Below, in pieces: positions 21,649 to 32,254 of a DNA stretch of 64,000 nucleotides. The notes beneath the pieces were generated by a model. That model saw only the letters and a program-made list of their open reading frames with translations. It ran no database searches and had not been told where the DNA came from. Position 1 is the stretch's first letter. Each line of letters opens with the position of its first letter. The translations under genes were made by a program, and so were the position numbers. The stretch lies in the NCBI GenBank assembly GCA_963775315.1, contig CAVZIN010000007.1:393193-457192 (forward strand), written 5' to 3'. The stretch is from an uncultured Alphaproteobacteria bacterium. GTDB lineage: Bacteria > Pseudomonadota > Alphaproteobacteria > MPNO01 > DASWLB01.

Positions 21649-22331
21649 AGCTTTACGAGATTGATATCACCCGCGTCCAAGCGAGCCATACGCCCGACGA
21701 TTTCGAGCGCCAGATAGAGCGCCGAGCGGCTGCGTAAGGGCTCTATGAACCGAGATCGGTTGCTAAGTTGGCGAATGATTGTGAAGGCGGCATCGTAACA
21801 ATGGTGGAGAGTTTCGGGAACTAAACCAGTCGCTTCCATTAAATATACCATTCCAAATGGCGTAAAATTGAACACGCTGAAAGAATGATAAGGCTCAAGA
21901 TAGGCGACCGAGCCGACAAAGTAACCGCCCGGCTTAAGGACGCGCACTACATCGCGCATCAGTGGGTGCGGCTCGCGAACATGCTCGAAAACCTGATGGC
22001 TATAGACGATGTCAAAATAATTCGCCTCATAGGGAAGGTTAATCCCATCGAAGCTGGTCATACCCGGCAAAGTCGCGGACCTTCCCTGCACTTCCGGGGA
22101 GTCTACGATGTCAACTCCCCGCCAAACGACGGTGGGATCTAAAGCGCGGAAGAATGCCGACGAGTTCCCTTCGCCACAGCCTAGATCAAGTACCGCGAGC
22201 CCTTCTCCGTAGCGCGAGTAGACTTCCGAGACAAGAGATTGAGCAAAGACGATCTGTGTGCTTGTCTCGTGCACGAGTTGACGAAGCCGATGGTAGCCCG
22301 GAACGCGCGTAATGGCCGATTTGAGTGACAT
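21594..22331 (-). CDS. Class I SAM-dependent methyltransferase
   Basis: ORF 21594..22424 minus. ATG at 22331 preceded by GGAGG. SAM-binding motif VLDLGCGEGNSS and ...VLKPGGYFVGS. GC about 50%, well below the window average. Confidence 0.75.
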   Translation of the reverse strand: MSLKSAITRVPGYHRLRQLVHETSTQIVFAQSLVSEVYSRYGEGLAVLDLGCGEGNSSAFFRALDPTVVWRGVDIVDSPEVQGRSATLPGMTSFDGINLPYEANYFDIVYSHQVFEHVREPHPLMRDVVRVLKPGGYFVGSVAYLEPYHSFSVFNFTPFGMVYLMEATGLVPETLHHCYDAAFTIIRQLSNRSRFIEPLRSRSALYLALEIVGRMARLDAGDINLVKLQFSGAFCFVGRKPGAPE

Positions 22332-22389
22332 CCAATTTTTTCCTCCGTGGCCGGATCGAGCGGCGCCGGTTGAGGCACTCGGTAGCAAG

Positions 22390-23199
22390 CTATACATCGT
22401 CCGTTCGAACATGTGCCACAGCAATATAGCCTTCTCCGAGATCTGATCTATAGAATACCCTTTGAAAAAGACAAAATGCCCCTAATATTAGGGCTGAAAA
22501 GCGGTTCGCGTAGACTGCAAAATGCTTGGCCTCGCTTAGCCGGTCAACGCCACTCACTGAAGTGCGGCCTTTTCTATCGTCTCGATCTAATTTTCTTTTC
22601 GAAAGCTTTGTACGAGAAATTGCCTCACGTATTGGGCGAAGTAAAGTCTGGAGAGGAAATCCGTAAGACCGTAGCTCAAGAAGCTCAAGGTGTGCCCCGG
22701 AAACGAGGGACTGAATATCTGCTTTGTCATAACGTCGAACATGCCCGGCCCATTCGTCGGACAAGCCCCAATGATTCCGATGAGCTGGCACCGTTAGGAT
22801 CACTACTCCTCCCGGCTTAAGGCAACGTAGCCAACTCCGCAGAGTTTCGCCGTCTGCTTCGATATGTTCCAGTACTTCTGACGAAAAAATAATATCGTAA
22901 GCGCCCCAGTCCTTTTCGGAAACGTCAGGAGCAATTTTGAATGCGCGTTCATCTCCGGCGTGGAAATGATAGGCAACAGATAACGCAGGAGCGGAGACGT
23001 CGACCCCTTTCCCTACGAACCCAAGACGTTCAAGGTCGAGTAAAAAAGCACCTGATCCGCAGCCGAATTCCAAGACTTTTCCGGGCGGAAACGATGCAAA
23101 CACGTCGATTAATGCTGACCGTCGGAGAATATGAGCAATAGTCGGCACCCAAGGCAGGGAGGTGTCATAAACGCCTAAGATATTCTGGTATCTTATCAT
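22390..23199 (-). CDS. Class I SAM-dependent methyltransferase
   Basis: ORF 22390..23199 minus. VLEFGCGSGAFLLDL...IIFSSEVLEHI...LKPGGVVILTVP (Methyltransf_11/23-like). GC about 48%. Confidence 0.8.
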   Translation of the reverse strand: MIRYQNILGVYDTSLPWVPTIAHILRRSALIDVFASFPPGKVLEFGCGSGAFLLDLERLGFVGKGVDVSAPALSVAYHFHAGDERAFKIAPDVSEKDWGAYDIIFSSEVLEHIEADGETLRSWLRCLKPGGVVILTVPAHRNHWGLSDEWAGHVRRYDKADIQSLVSGAHLELLELRSYGFPLQTLLRPIREAISRTKLSKRKLDRDDRKGRTSVSGVDRLSEAKHFAVYANRFSALILGAFCLFQRVFYRSDLGEGYIAVAHVRTDDV

Positions 23200-23204
23200 C
23201 TTCG

Positions 23205-24164
23205 TTATTTTGAAGTCGATGCGGCAGGTTCTGTTCTATGCAACATCAAGGCGAGCGACATCGGCAGCAAAACGAACATTGCAGTGACGCGCAATAAGGT
23301 AGTCGCTAGGAAGGCTGTCCCGGCCGCTACTCCCACCAAAGGCGCAAGGCCCGCGGCAACTCCTTCGCGGATTCCGAGACCGGCAGGCACAATGGACACT
23401 GCGCTGCCCAATACTCCCGATATGACAAGTGCCGATGCTTGACCGAAAGTGACCTCGCTATTGAAGCATGAGAGGCACAGGTAGGTAATGAAGGCATCCC
23501 CCAAAACCAAAGTAGCGCGGGTTAATATGAGAGAAAGAATCGTATAATATTTTGTGGAAATCTTTCGAATGATTGGAAGAAATAGTGCAAATATTAGGAT
23601 TCCGGCTGCGCAACATGCACCTCCGATCTCTTGGGAACCTAATCGATAAATCCAGTATCCCGCGTAGATGAAGGCGATCGAAAGCCACAACAAGCCAATT
23701 AATAGAGTTACGGTGGTGCCGTGACGGTACGTTGAGCCCGCTGACTTCAAGGCTGCAATACGGACCATCGTACCCCCGGGAAGAGGAAGCATGTTGGCCG
23801 CACTGCCGACTACTGTCGTTTCCACTGCCGTAAAAAATGGAATCCGCTTACCCAACAGTTTGGCAGATAGGGTGAATTCGATTGCGTTAAATACGACGAT
23901 AAAAGGCACCCCAATTCCAGCAACTAAAGCTAGAGGTCGGGGATCGATTCTGGCCAGGAGGTCGGGTTGGGAGCGCACTGAAAAATAGAGTCCGGCCGCC
24001 AACCCAAAGGTGGCAAGTCCCAGAACGGTGTTGCGTAGTTTTCGGTTGTGGAGGAGGCCGTCGTTGGCCTTCGTTGCAACAGTGCTGAAGGTCGCCGACA
24101 CGAATGATTTCAACTTCCGTTCTCCACGCGAACGTTTCCCATTCGGGAGTCTAGATGCTGGCAT
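23205..24164 (-). CDS. Flippase-like membrane protein (lysylphosphatidylglycerol-synthase TM-region family, UPF0104-like)
   Basis: ORF 23205..24164 minus. About 8 TM helices, no soluble domain, composition typical of the LPG_synthase_TM 'flippase-like' family that usually partners GT2 polyprenol-phosphate glycosyltransferases. Its 5' end overlaps the stop of the upstream GT2 by about 55 nt, so the start is uncertain. Confidence 0.65.
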   Translation of the reverse strand: MPASRLPNGKRSRGERKLKSFVSATFSTVATKANDGLLHNRKLRNTVLGLATFGLAAGLYFSVRSQPDLLARIDPRPLALVAGIGVPFIVVFNAIEFTLSAKLLGKRIPFFTAVETTVVGSAANMLPLPGGTMVRIAALKSAGSTYRHGTTVTLLIGLLWLSIAFIYAGYWIYRLGSQEIGGACCAAGILIFALFLPIIRKISTKYYTILSLILTRATLVLGDAFITYLCLSCFNSEVTFGQASALVISGVLGSAVSIVPAGLGIREGVAAGLAPLVGVAAGTAFLATTLLRVTAMFVLLPMSLALMLHRTEPAASTSK

Positions 24165-25156
24165 AATTGCGGGGCGGGGCCCTTGTCGCTAGTTGGTTGC
24201 AAATGACCGTCGTTGTCGGAGGCCAATTCCAGCGCCCGCACCTTCTCCAGCGTGATCTCGATGAGCTGCCGGTTGAAGTTCATCAGGTCGGCAACCAGCC
24301 CCACCATCCAGGCGATAAACGCCATCATCACCAGCACGCTGCCCAGCATGAGCGATTGGACGTGGCCCACGCCGGCGCCCTCGATGTAGTAGACGAGGAA
24401 GCGGACGATGGGGACCAGCCCAAGGATCAGCAGGATCGCGCCGATATAGAAGAACACCCGCAGAGGCTGGTACATCGCGTACATGCGCACGATGGTGGTG
24501 AGCTGGCGCTCGATGAAGCGCGGGATGCTCTTGAACAGGCGCGAGTCCCGGGTCTTCGGGTTGGTCTCCACCGGGACGGAGAGGACCGCCATGTGCTTCT
24601 TGCCCGCCTGGATCAGCATCTCGGTCGTGTAGCTGAACGGCGAGACGATATTGAGGCGGATGGCCGCGTCGCGCGATATGGCGCGGAAGCCGCTGACCGC
24701 GTCGGGAATGTCGATGCCGGCGAGCCGCTTGACTACGGCGCTGCCGAGACCCTGCAGCCTCTTTTTGAACGGCGAGAAATGGCCGATGCGCCCCGTCCGC
24801 CGGTCGCCGACGACGATGTCGGCCTGGCCGTCGAGAATCGGGCGGATCAGCCTGGGGATGTCCCAGCCGGCGTACTGGTTGTCGCCGTCGGTATTGACGA
24901 TGATGTCCGCCCCGCGCTTCAGGCATTCGTCGAGCCCGACGCGGAAGGTGCGCGCGAGACCGATATTTCGCTTGTTGCGTACGATGTGGTCGATGCCGAG
25001 CGCCCGGGCGACCTCGACGGTCTTGTCGGTCGAGCCGTCGTCGACGATCAGGATCTCGACCGCCGTAATGCCCTCGATGCTGCGCGGGATGTCCGCGACC
25101 GTTTCGGGGAGCGTGTGCTCCTCGTTGAAGCACGGGATCTGGACGATGAGCTTCAT
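24110..25156 (-). CDS. Glycosyltransferase family 2, GtrB/ArnC-like polyprenol-phosphate sugar transferase with C-terminal TM helices
   Basis: ORF 24110..25240 minus. Start at MKLIVQIPCFNEEHTL. Motifs DDGSTD, NTDGDNQY and DAVSGFRA. Two C-terminal TM helices as in GtrB/ArnC/DPM1-like enzymes. Confidence 0.85.
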   Translation of the reverse strand: MKLIVQIPCFNEEHTLPETVADIPRSIEGITAVEILIVDDGSTDKTVEVARALGIDHIVRNKRNIGLARTFRVGLDECLKRGADIIVNTDGDNQYAGWDIPRLIRPILDGQADIVVGDRRTGRIGHFSPFKKRLQGLGSAVVKRLAGIDIPDAVSGFRAISRDAAIRLNIVSPFSYTTEMLIQAGKKHMAVLSVPVETNPKTRDSRLFKSIPRFIERQLTTIVRMYAMYQPLRVFFYIGAILLILGLVPIVRFLVYYIEGAGVGHVQSLMLGSVLVMMAFIAWMVGLVADLMNFNRQLIEITLEKVRALELASDNDGHLQPTSDKGPAPQLCQHLDSRMGNVRVENGS

Positions 25157-25299
25157 CGGGCTGTCCCGGCAAGGCCGAAGCGGTACGGCACGTCCACTCC
25201 CTGCGCTCGAGCGCAGTCTCGCGCGCGATACATGACGCACTCTCGGGCCGGTGGCAAGGGAAGAAGGCCCCGGATGCGCTCCTCTTAGCGTCAGCCGCC

Positions 25300-25596
25300 T
25301 TAATGCAACATGAAGCTTTGGGCCGCGCGCATCTTGCCGGGGCCGATCAGGCGCTGGCTGGTGAGGCGCACGGAATGCAGCTTGCCGTCGAGGTTCGCCT
25401 CCCAGAAGGCGAGGAACTTCGAGAGCGCCGGATAGCGCGGCGGCAGGTCGTAATCCTGCCAGACGTAGCTCTGCAGCAGCTCCGGATGGTCAGGCATGCG
25501 ATAGACGATCTCGGCCGTGGCCAACCGATAGCCGTCCACGAACATGCGCCGCTCGCGCTCGCGCTCCGCCTCGCTTGTCCTCGCCGACCTGGTCCG
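25300..25596 (-). CDS. usg: Usg family protein
   Basis: C-terminal ~98 codons of ORF 25300..25920 minus (MRTRSARTSEAERERERRMFVDGYRLATAEIVYRMPDHPELLQSYVWQDYDLPPRYPALSKFLAFWEANLDGKLHSVRL..) match the small Usg family. The upstream part of the ORF is filler. Confidence 0.65.
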   Translation of the reverse strand, partial: RTRSARTSEAERERERRMFVDGYRLATAEIVYRMPDHPELLQSYVWQDYDLPPRYPALSKFLAFWEANLDGKLHSVRLTSQRLIGPGKMRAAQSFMLH

Positions 25597-25787
25597 CATG
25601 GCACGCTCCGTCTTGTGAACCCACTCCCACTGACAAACCGTAACATCGGCGCCCGGTTCCGGCAAGCGCGTGGCGCAAATCTGCCAATTATATGAATGGC
25701 TTGGCAGCCAGATCTCCGGGTGAGTAACAGGCCGCGCGCGGCCCTTGACAAGGCCCGCCCGCAGCGCCAGATTTGCGCCGATTGCTG

Positions 25788-25814
25788 TTAGCACTCCCCA
25801 AGCGCGAGTGCTAA
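25788..25814 (+). promoter_or_regulatory. CIRCE element (HrcA operator) TTAGCACTC-N9-GAGTGCTAA upstream of groES
   Basis: Perfect match to the CIRCE consensus 49 bp upstream of the groES ATG. A TTGACA hexamer lies at about 25744. Confidence 0.9.
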
Positions 25815-25862
25815 CAGCGCCCCCGCAAGACCAACCCAACCAAGCTTGCATAGAGGTGAGCG

Positions 25863-26183
25863 ATGAAATTCCGACCCCTGCACGACCGCGTCGTCGTACG
25901 CCGCATCGAGGAGGAGGCACGTACCTCCGGCGGCATCATCATCCCCGACACCGCCAAGGAGAAGCCCCAGCAGGGCGAGATCGTCTCGGTCGGCCCCGGC
26001 AAGCGCAACGAGAAGGGCGAGATCGTCGCCCTCGACGTGAAGGCCGGCGACCGGGTGCTGTTCGGCAAGTGGTCCGGCACCGAGGTCAAGATCGACGGCG
26101 AGGAGCTGTTGATCATGAGCGAGTCCGACATCATGGCCGTGTTCGAGGACGCAGGCGAGAAGTCGCGCCGCCGCGCGGCCTGA
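25863..26183 (+). CDS. groES: Co-chaperonin GroES
   Basis: ORF 25863..26183. [46 protein letters not shown]. Confidence 0.95.
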   Translation: MKFRPLHDRVVVRRIEEEARTSGGIIIPDTAKEKPQQGEIVSVGPGKRNEKGEIVALDVKAGDRVLFGKWSGTEVKIDGEELLIMSESDIMAVFEDAGEKSRRRAA

Positions 26184-26190
26184 TCGCTGA

Positions 26191-27843
<1,653 letters not shown>

Positions 27844-27871
27844 TCCAGTCCGACGCACGACACCGAACGGG

Positions 27872-27903
27872 AACGGGGCCGCATCGCGGCCCCGTTTTCG
27901 TTC
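27872..27903 (+). terminator. Rho-independent terminator of groESL
   Basis: Perfect hairpin AACGGGGCCGC-atc-GCGGCCCCGTT followed by TTTCGTTCTG, 29 bp after the groEL stop. Confidence 0.8.
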
Positions 27904-27934
27904 TGCGAACTGGGGATTCGGCTAAACTGGCGCG

Positions 27935-29221
27935 ATGGACGCTTCCGGTCACGATCCGGGTTTCGACCGCGCGCTGACCCGGGAGATCCTTGCCAGCGAG
28001 ATCCTGCGCGCCGGGGTGATGACGGCGACGCTGGGCGGCCTTCTCGTGTTCGTGACGGCCGCCTTCGCCATCGGCCACGATGTGTTTCAGCGGTTCGCAG
28101 GGAAGCCCATCTCGGCGCTCCTTCCGGTCTACGTCGTCGGGCCGTTCTTCATCTACGAGTGCGCGTTCCTGATTGGGTTACGGATGTTCGCGGCGCGCGG
28201 CCGGCCGCCGCCGCGTCCGGCGCCCTACGGGAACGCCATCGTCGAGACCAGCCTGCCGTCGGTGATCCTCCTGGTCGCGAGCGGCTATGCCGATCCCACG
28301 GTCATCTTTGGCGGATGGCCGGTGTTTCTCTATTTCGTCTTCATCCTGGCCGCGACCCTCCGCCTCAACTTAGCCTTGCCGATGCTGACCGGCGTCGTCG
28401 CGGGTGCCGAGTACATGGCCGTCGCCGCCTATGTGTTTCCGCTGTCGTTCTCGGCCGACCGGGCGGAGCTGATACCCGTCTTCCACCTCGGCCGGGTGGC
28501 CATCATGCTGATCGCGGGACTGGTCGCCGGTCTTGTGGCCATGCGGCTCCGCGCTAACTTGGTCCGCGTCCTCGAGGAATCGGCGGAACGGGACCGGGTG
28601 ACCGCGCTGTTCGGCCAGCACGTCTCGCCATCGGTGGTCGACCGGCTGCTCGACGCCAATGTCGGAACGGAGGGAGAGGCACGCCAGGTTTGCATCCTGT
28701 TCCTCGACTTCCGCGACTTCACGGCGTTCGCGCGCCAGCGCACGCCCGAGGAGGTGGTCGATTTTCTGAACCGTTCCTTCGCCTTCATGATCGAGGCGGT
28801 CGACCACCATCAGGGGATCATCAATAAGTTCCTCGGCGACGGCTTCATGGCGACCTTCGGCGCGCCGCTCACCGACCCCGACGCCGCGACCCACGCGGTC
28901 GCGACCGCCCGCGAGATCCTGGCCGAAATGGACCGCCGCGCGGCGCCCGGCGGCACCGGGCTCAGGGTCGGCATCGGCATCCATGTCGGCGTCGCGGTGA
29001 CCGGCTCCATCGGCTCGCCGCGCCGCAAGGAGTTCACGGTCATCGGCGACATCGTGAACCTCGCGGCACGCATCGAGCAGCTCAACAAGGAGTTCGGCTC
29101 GCGTCTCCTGGTCTCGCAAGCGGTCGCCGACGCGATCGGGGCCGGGCTCGGCGGTGCCGGACCCTTGCAGGCCGAGGTGAAGGGCTATGCCGACCCGATC
29201 GCGGTCTGGCGGCTCGACTGA
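27935..29221 (+). CDS. Membrane-anchored class III adenylate/guanylate cyclase
   Basis: ORF 27935..29221. N-terminal polytopic domain, C-terminal CYCc domain (..ILFLDFRDFTAF...FLGDGFMATFGAP...GIGIHVGVAVTGSIGS..). Confidence 0.8.
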   Translation: MDASGHDPGFDRALTREILASEILRAGVMTATLGGLLVFVTAAFAIGHDVFQRFAGKPISALLPVYVVGPFFIYECAFLIGLRMFAARGRPPPRPAPYGNAIVETSLPSVILLVASGYADPTVIFGGWPVFLYFVFILAATLRLNLALPMLTGVVAGAEYMAVAAYVFPLSFSADRAELIPVFHLGRVAIMLIAGLVAGLVAMRLRANLVRVLEESAERDRVTALFGQHVSPSVVDRLLDANVGTEGEARQVCILFLDFRDFTAFARQRTPEEVVDFLNRSFAFMIEAVDHHQGIINKFLGDGFMATFGAPLTDPDAATHAVATAREILAEMDRRAAPGGTGLRVGIGIHVGVAVTGSIGSPRRKEFTVIGDIVNLAARIEQLNKEFGSRLLVSQAVADAIGAGLGGAGPLQAEVKGYADPIAVWRLD

Positions 29222-29255
29222 CGGCACGCGCCGCCGAAGTGCGGCAGGCGGGCGC

Positions 29256-29440
29256 TCAAGCTCCGTCCTGGTCGCCCGGCCCGATCTCCTCGACCGGACC
29301 GCCCCAGAGCTGTACCCGCCCGAACCCCGACGTCACGATCAGCGTCTGTCCCAGCGGGCGGGGTCGGGCGCCTCGAAAAGGGGGTCGACGCGCACGGTGC
29401 CGGTGAAGTGGGCCTCCGGCCCCTTGCCGGACGGCCGTGA
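29256..29440 (-). pseudogene. Degraded remnant of a small cupin-domain gene
   Basis: Minus-strand frames give ..[19 protein letters not shown].. and, in another frame, ..[29 protein letters not shown].. followed by a premature stop. Both are classic motifs of ~130-aa cupins, but the segment between them is deleted or frameshifted and the C-terminal His ligands are missing. Confidence 0.4.
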
Positions 29441-30253
29441 ACCGTTTCGCGCGATGTCCATGGTCGTTCCCCTCAAGCGGGGGTGACGGGGATATGGGAT
29501 CGGTTGCGACGCGGCGCCAACGCGCCCGCAGGAACTTCGTCGGCCATGACGGCATCGATCTGCGCCTGCCCACCCATGGCGGGCGTCCGCGTGGGAGTGA
29601 AGTGGTCGATGTCCGCCAGCACGTATAGCGATCGGCTAGCGATCGGCGCCAGACATCGCCGCCAGCCTGAAATCAATCATGGGCGGGCGCCCACGCACTC
29701 CCGCCATCCTATGCCATACCCGGCCCAACTGGCCAAAGAGGGGGCAGGATTGGCATGGGCGAGTTCCCACCGTGACTTGGGATGACTTCGATTTTATCTC
29801 GGTTGACTCTTTGTGCAATTCGATGAAGACTTGGCACCGCCGAATATGATTTCGGTCGGTCCGGAGATACGCTGGCACCCTACCGGATCGGCTGGGCACG
29901 CGTGGCGCCGGCCCTTCGGGGCCGGTCCCGCGGCGCCCCCGCCAGCCCCCTCTCCCGTAGCGCGCGCAAATCCCTTCCGTCGTTCCGGCGCTTCTTCCGC
30001 GCGCCGACAGGCGCCGCTGCCTGACCGGCCGTCATCCGGTGGTCACGCGGCTGCCGCATCCTGCGCGGGGGCGCGCCGGTGCGCTTCTTAGGGGCGTTTT
30101 CGAGCCGTCTGGCGCGCTTAATTGCCTGTCAAAGGGCGGGATTCGGTCCAATCGGGCTCGTTTCTGGCGCCAAATGGTGGCATTTCGGGGCCACCCCCCT
30201 TCCATCCGGGGTGGCACGCGCCCAATTGTGGCGGTATGGTGCGTACGGATGGA

Positions 30254-30290
30254 GCCGGTTCGCGTCGCGCGACCGGCTTTTCGATTTTTG
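30254..30290 (+). terminator. Intrinsic terminator-like hairpin plus T-tract immediately upstream of the FKBP gene
   Basis: GC-rich stem GCCGGTTCGCG/CGCGCGACCGGC followed by TTTTCGATTTTTGG. It ends about 25 bp before the FKBP ATG (RBS GGAGGA at ~30305). No plus-strand CDS lies upstream of it. Confidence 0.55.
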
Positions 30291-30314
30291 GCTGCGAGTT
30301 TGCGGAGGATAGAT

Positions 30315-30743
30315 ATGACACAAGCGAAGATCGGCGACACGGTGCGGGTTCACTATACTGGCACGCTGGAGGACGGGCAGCAGTTCGATTCCTCCTCGGG
30401 CCGCGATCCGCTGGAGTTCGTCATCGGGCGCGGGGCGGTCATCCCCGGCTTCGAGAACGCCGTGATCGGCATGGCGCCCGGGGAATCGCGGAGCGTCACC
30501 ATCCCCTCGCAGGAGGCGTATGGCGACCACCGCCCCGAGGCGGTGCAGGAGATCGACCGCGCGCAGATCCCGCCCGGCCTCGAGGTCGAGCCCGGCATGC
30601 GGCTCGAGGCGTCGGACCGCGAGGGCCAGCCGCTGCTGGTGACGGTCGTCGAGGTGTCCGACAGCGCGGTGACGCTCGACGCCAACCACCCCCTGGCGGG
30701 CGAGGACCTGACCTTCGAGATCGAACTGGTCGAGATCGGCTGA
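30315..30743 (+). CDS. FKBP-type peptidyl-prolyl cis-trans isomerase (SlyD/FkpB-like)
   Basis: Frame of ORF 30039..30743, ATG at 30315 preceded by GGAGGA. MTQAKIGDTVRVHYTGTLEDGQQFDSS...LEFVIGRGAVIPGFENAVIGMAPGESR. Confidence 0.85.
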   Translation: MTQAKIGDTVRVHYTGTLEDGQQFDSSSGRDPLEFVIGRGAVIPGFENAVIGMAPGESRSVTIPSQEAYGDHRPEAVQEIDRAQIPPGLEVEPGMRLEASDREGQPLLVTVVEVSDSAVTLDANHPLAGEDLTFEIELVEIG

Positions 30744-30783
30744 GCCCGTCCCGCCGCGCGGGGCTTCCTGCTATAACCGCGCG

Positions 30784-31785
30784 GTGCAGACCATCGGCAT
30801 CATCGGCGCCGGCGCCTGGGGCACGGCGCTCGGACTCGTTGCGCGGCGCGCGGGGCGCGACGTGACGATCTGGGCGCGCGATCCCGCGGTTGCGCGCGAG
30901 ATCGATGCCGACCATGCCAACTCGGCCTTCCTGCCCGACATCGCCCTCGACCCCGCCCTCCGCGCGACCACCGATCCGGCCGGGGCGGCGCGGGCCGAAG
31001 CGCTTCTCCTCGTCGTGCCGGCGCAGTTCCTGCGCGAGACGCTGACCGGGTTCGCGCCCCACCTCGCGCCGGGCACGCCCTGCGTCATCTGCGCCAAGGG
31101 CATCGAGCGGGCGAGCGGCACGCTGATGAGCGCGCTGTGCGCCGAGATGATTCCCTCGGCGCGGCTCGCCGTGCTGTCGGGGCCCACCTTCGCGCCCGAG
31201 GTGGCGCGGGGCCTGCCCACCGCCGTCACGCTCGCCTGCGACGACGCCGTGCTCGGCGCCGAGCTGGTGGCCGCGCTCGGCAGCTCGACCTTCCGGCCCT
31301 ATCTCGGTGGCGACCCGGTAGGCGCCCAGCTCGGCGGGGCGATCAAGAACGTGATCGCCATCGGCACCGGTATCGTCGAGGGGCGGGGGCTCGGCGAGAA
31401 CGCGCGCGCGGCGCTGATCACCCGCGGGCTCGCCGAGATGACGCGGCTCTGCGTCGCGCTCGGCGGGCGGGCGGAGACGATGATGGGGCTCTCGGGGCTC
31501 GGCGACCTGGTGCTGACCGCGACGGGCGAGGCGTCGCGCAACTACTCGCTCGGCGTGGCGCTGGGGCGCGGCGAGGCACTTTCCGCTATCCTGGCCCGGC
31601 GCCGCTCGGTGGCCGAGGGGGTGGCGACCGCGCCAGCCGTCGTCGCGCTCGCCAGACGGCAGGGGATCGACATGCCGATCTGCCGCGCCGTCGATGCCGT
31701 GCTGCATCGCGGCCAGCCGATCGACGATGCGATCGCCGGGCTGCTCGCCCGGCCGTTCCGGGCCGAGGCGGCGGCGCGCGATTGA
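30784..31785 (+). CDS. gpsA: NAD(P)H-dependent glycerol-3-phosphate dehydrogenase
   Basis: ORF 30784..31785. IGIIGAGAWGTALG...GAIKNVIAIGTGI... Confidence 0.9.
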   Translation: MQTIGIIGAGAWGTALGLVARRAGRDVTIWARDPAVAREIDADHANSAFLPDIALDPALRATTDPAGAARAEALLLVVPAQFLRETLTGFAPHLAPGTPCVICAKGIERASGTLMSALCAEMIPSARLAVLSGPTFAPEVARGLPTAVTLACDDAVLGAELVAALGSSTFRPYLGGDPVGAQLGGAIKNVIAIGTGIVEGRGLGENARAALITRGLAEMTRLCVALGGRAETMMGLSGLGDLVLTATGEASRNYSLGVALGRGEALSAILARRRSVAEGVATAPAVVALARRQGIDMPICRAVDAVLHRGQPIDDAIAGLLARPFRAEAAARD

Positions 31786-31837
31786 GGTTCTGCGTAAACT
31801 TTATAAAATGATCGCAAGGGGCTGAAGGGGAAGGGAA

Positions 31838-32254
31838 ATGGCGTACTGGCTATTCAAATCCGAGCCGGAGGCGTGGTCGTGGGACCAGCAGCTCGCCAAG
31901 AAGGGGCCGGAGCCGTGGAATGGCGTGCGCAACCACCAGGCGGCCAACAACATGAAGGCAATGAAGAAGGGCGACCGGGGATTCTTCTATCATTCCGGCA
32001 AGGAGCGGCGGATCGTCGGCACGGTCGAGGTGGTGCGCGAGGCATATCCCGACCACACCGACCCGACCGGCCGATTCGTGATGGTCGACGTCGCGGCGCG
32101 CGAGGCGCTGAAGACGCCCGTCACGCTGGAGCAGGCGAAGGCAGAAAAATCCTTGTCCGATATGGTGTTGGTGAAGTTCTCTCGCCTGTCGGTTCAGCCG
32201 GTCACCGCCGAGCAGTGGAAGATTCTCTGCCGCATGGGCGGGGTCGCGCCGTGA
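31838..32254 (+). CDS. EVE (PUA-like) domain protein
   Basis: ORF 31838..32254. MAYWLFKSEPEAWSWDQQ...GVRNHQAANNMKAMKKGDRGFFYHSGKERRIVG. Confidence 0.85.
   Translation: MAYWLFKSEPEAWSWDQQLAKKGPEPWNGVRNHQAANNMKAMKKGDRGFFYHSGKERRIVGTVEVVREAYPDHTDPTGRFVMVDVAAREALKTPVTLEQAKAEKSLSDMVLVKFSRLSVQPVTAEQWKILCRMGGVAP

Noticed and set aside
21650-24160. Looked for integrase, transposase, tRNA or direct repeats bounding the low-GC island
   Set aside because: None found by eye. The island is reported on compositional and gene-content grounds only.
27869-27896. GGGAAC...CCGTT resembling an EcfG promoter downstream of groEL
   Set aside because: The two halves form a perfect hairpin followed by a T-run directly after the groEL stop. 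The spacing is N18 rather than N16-17. I interpret it as the groESL terminator.
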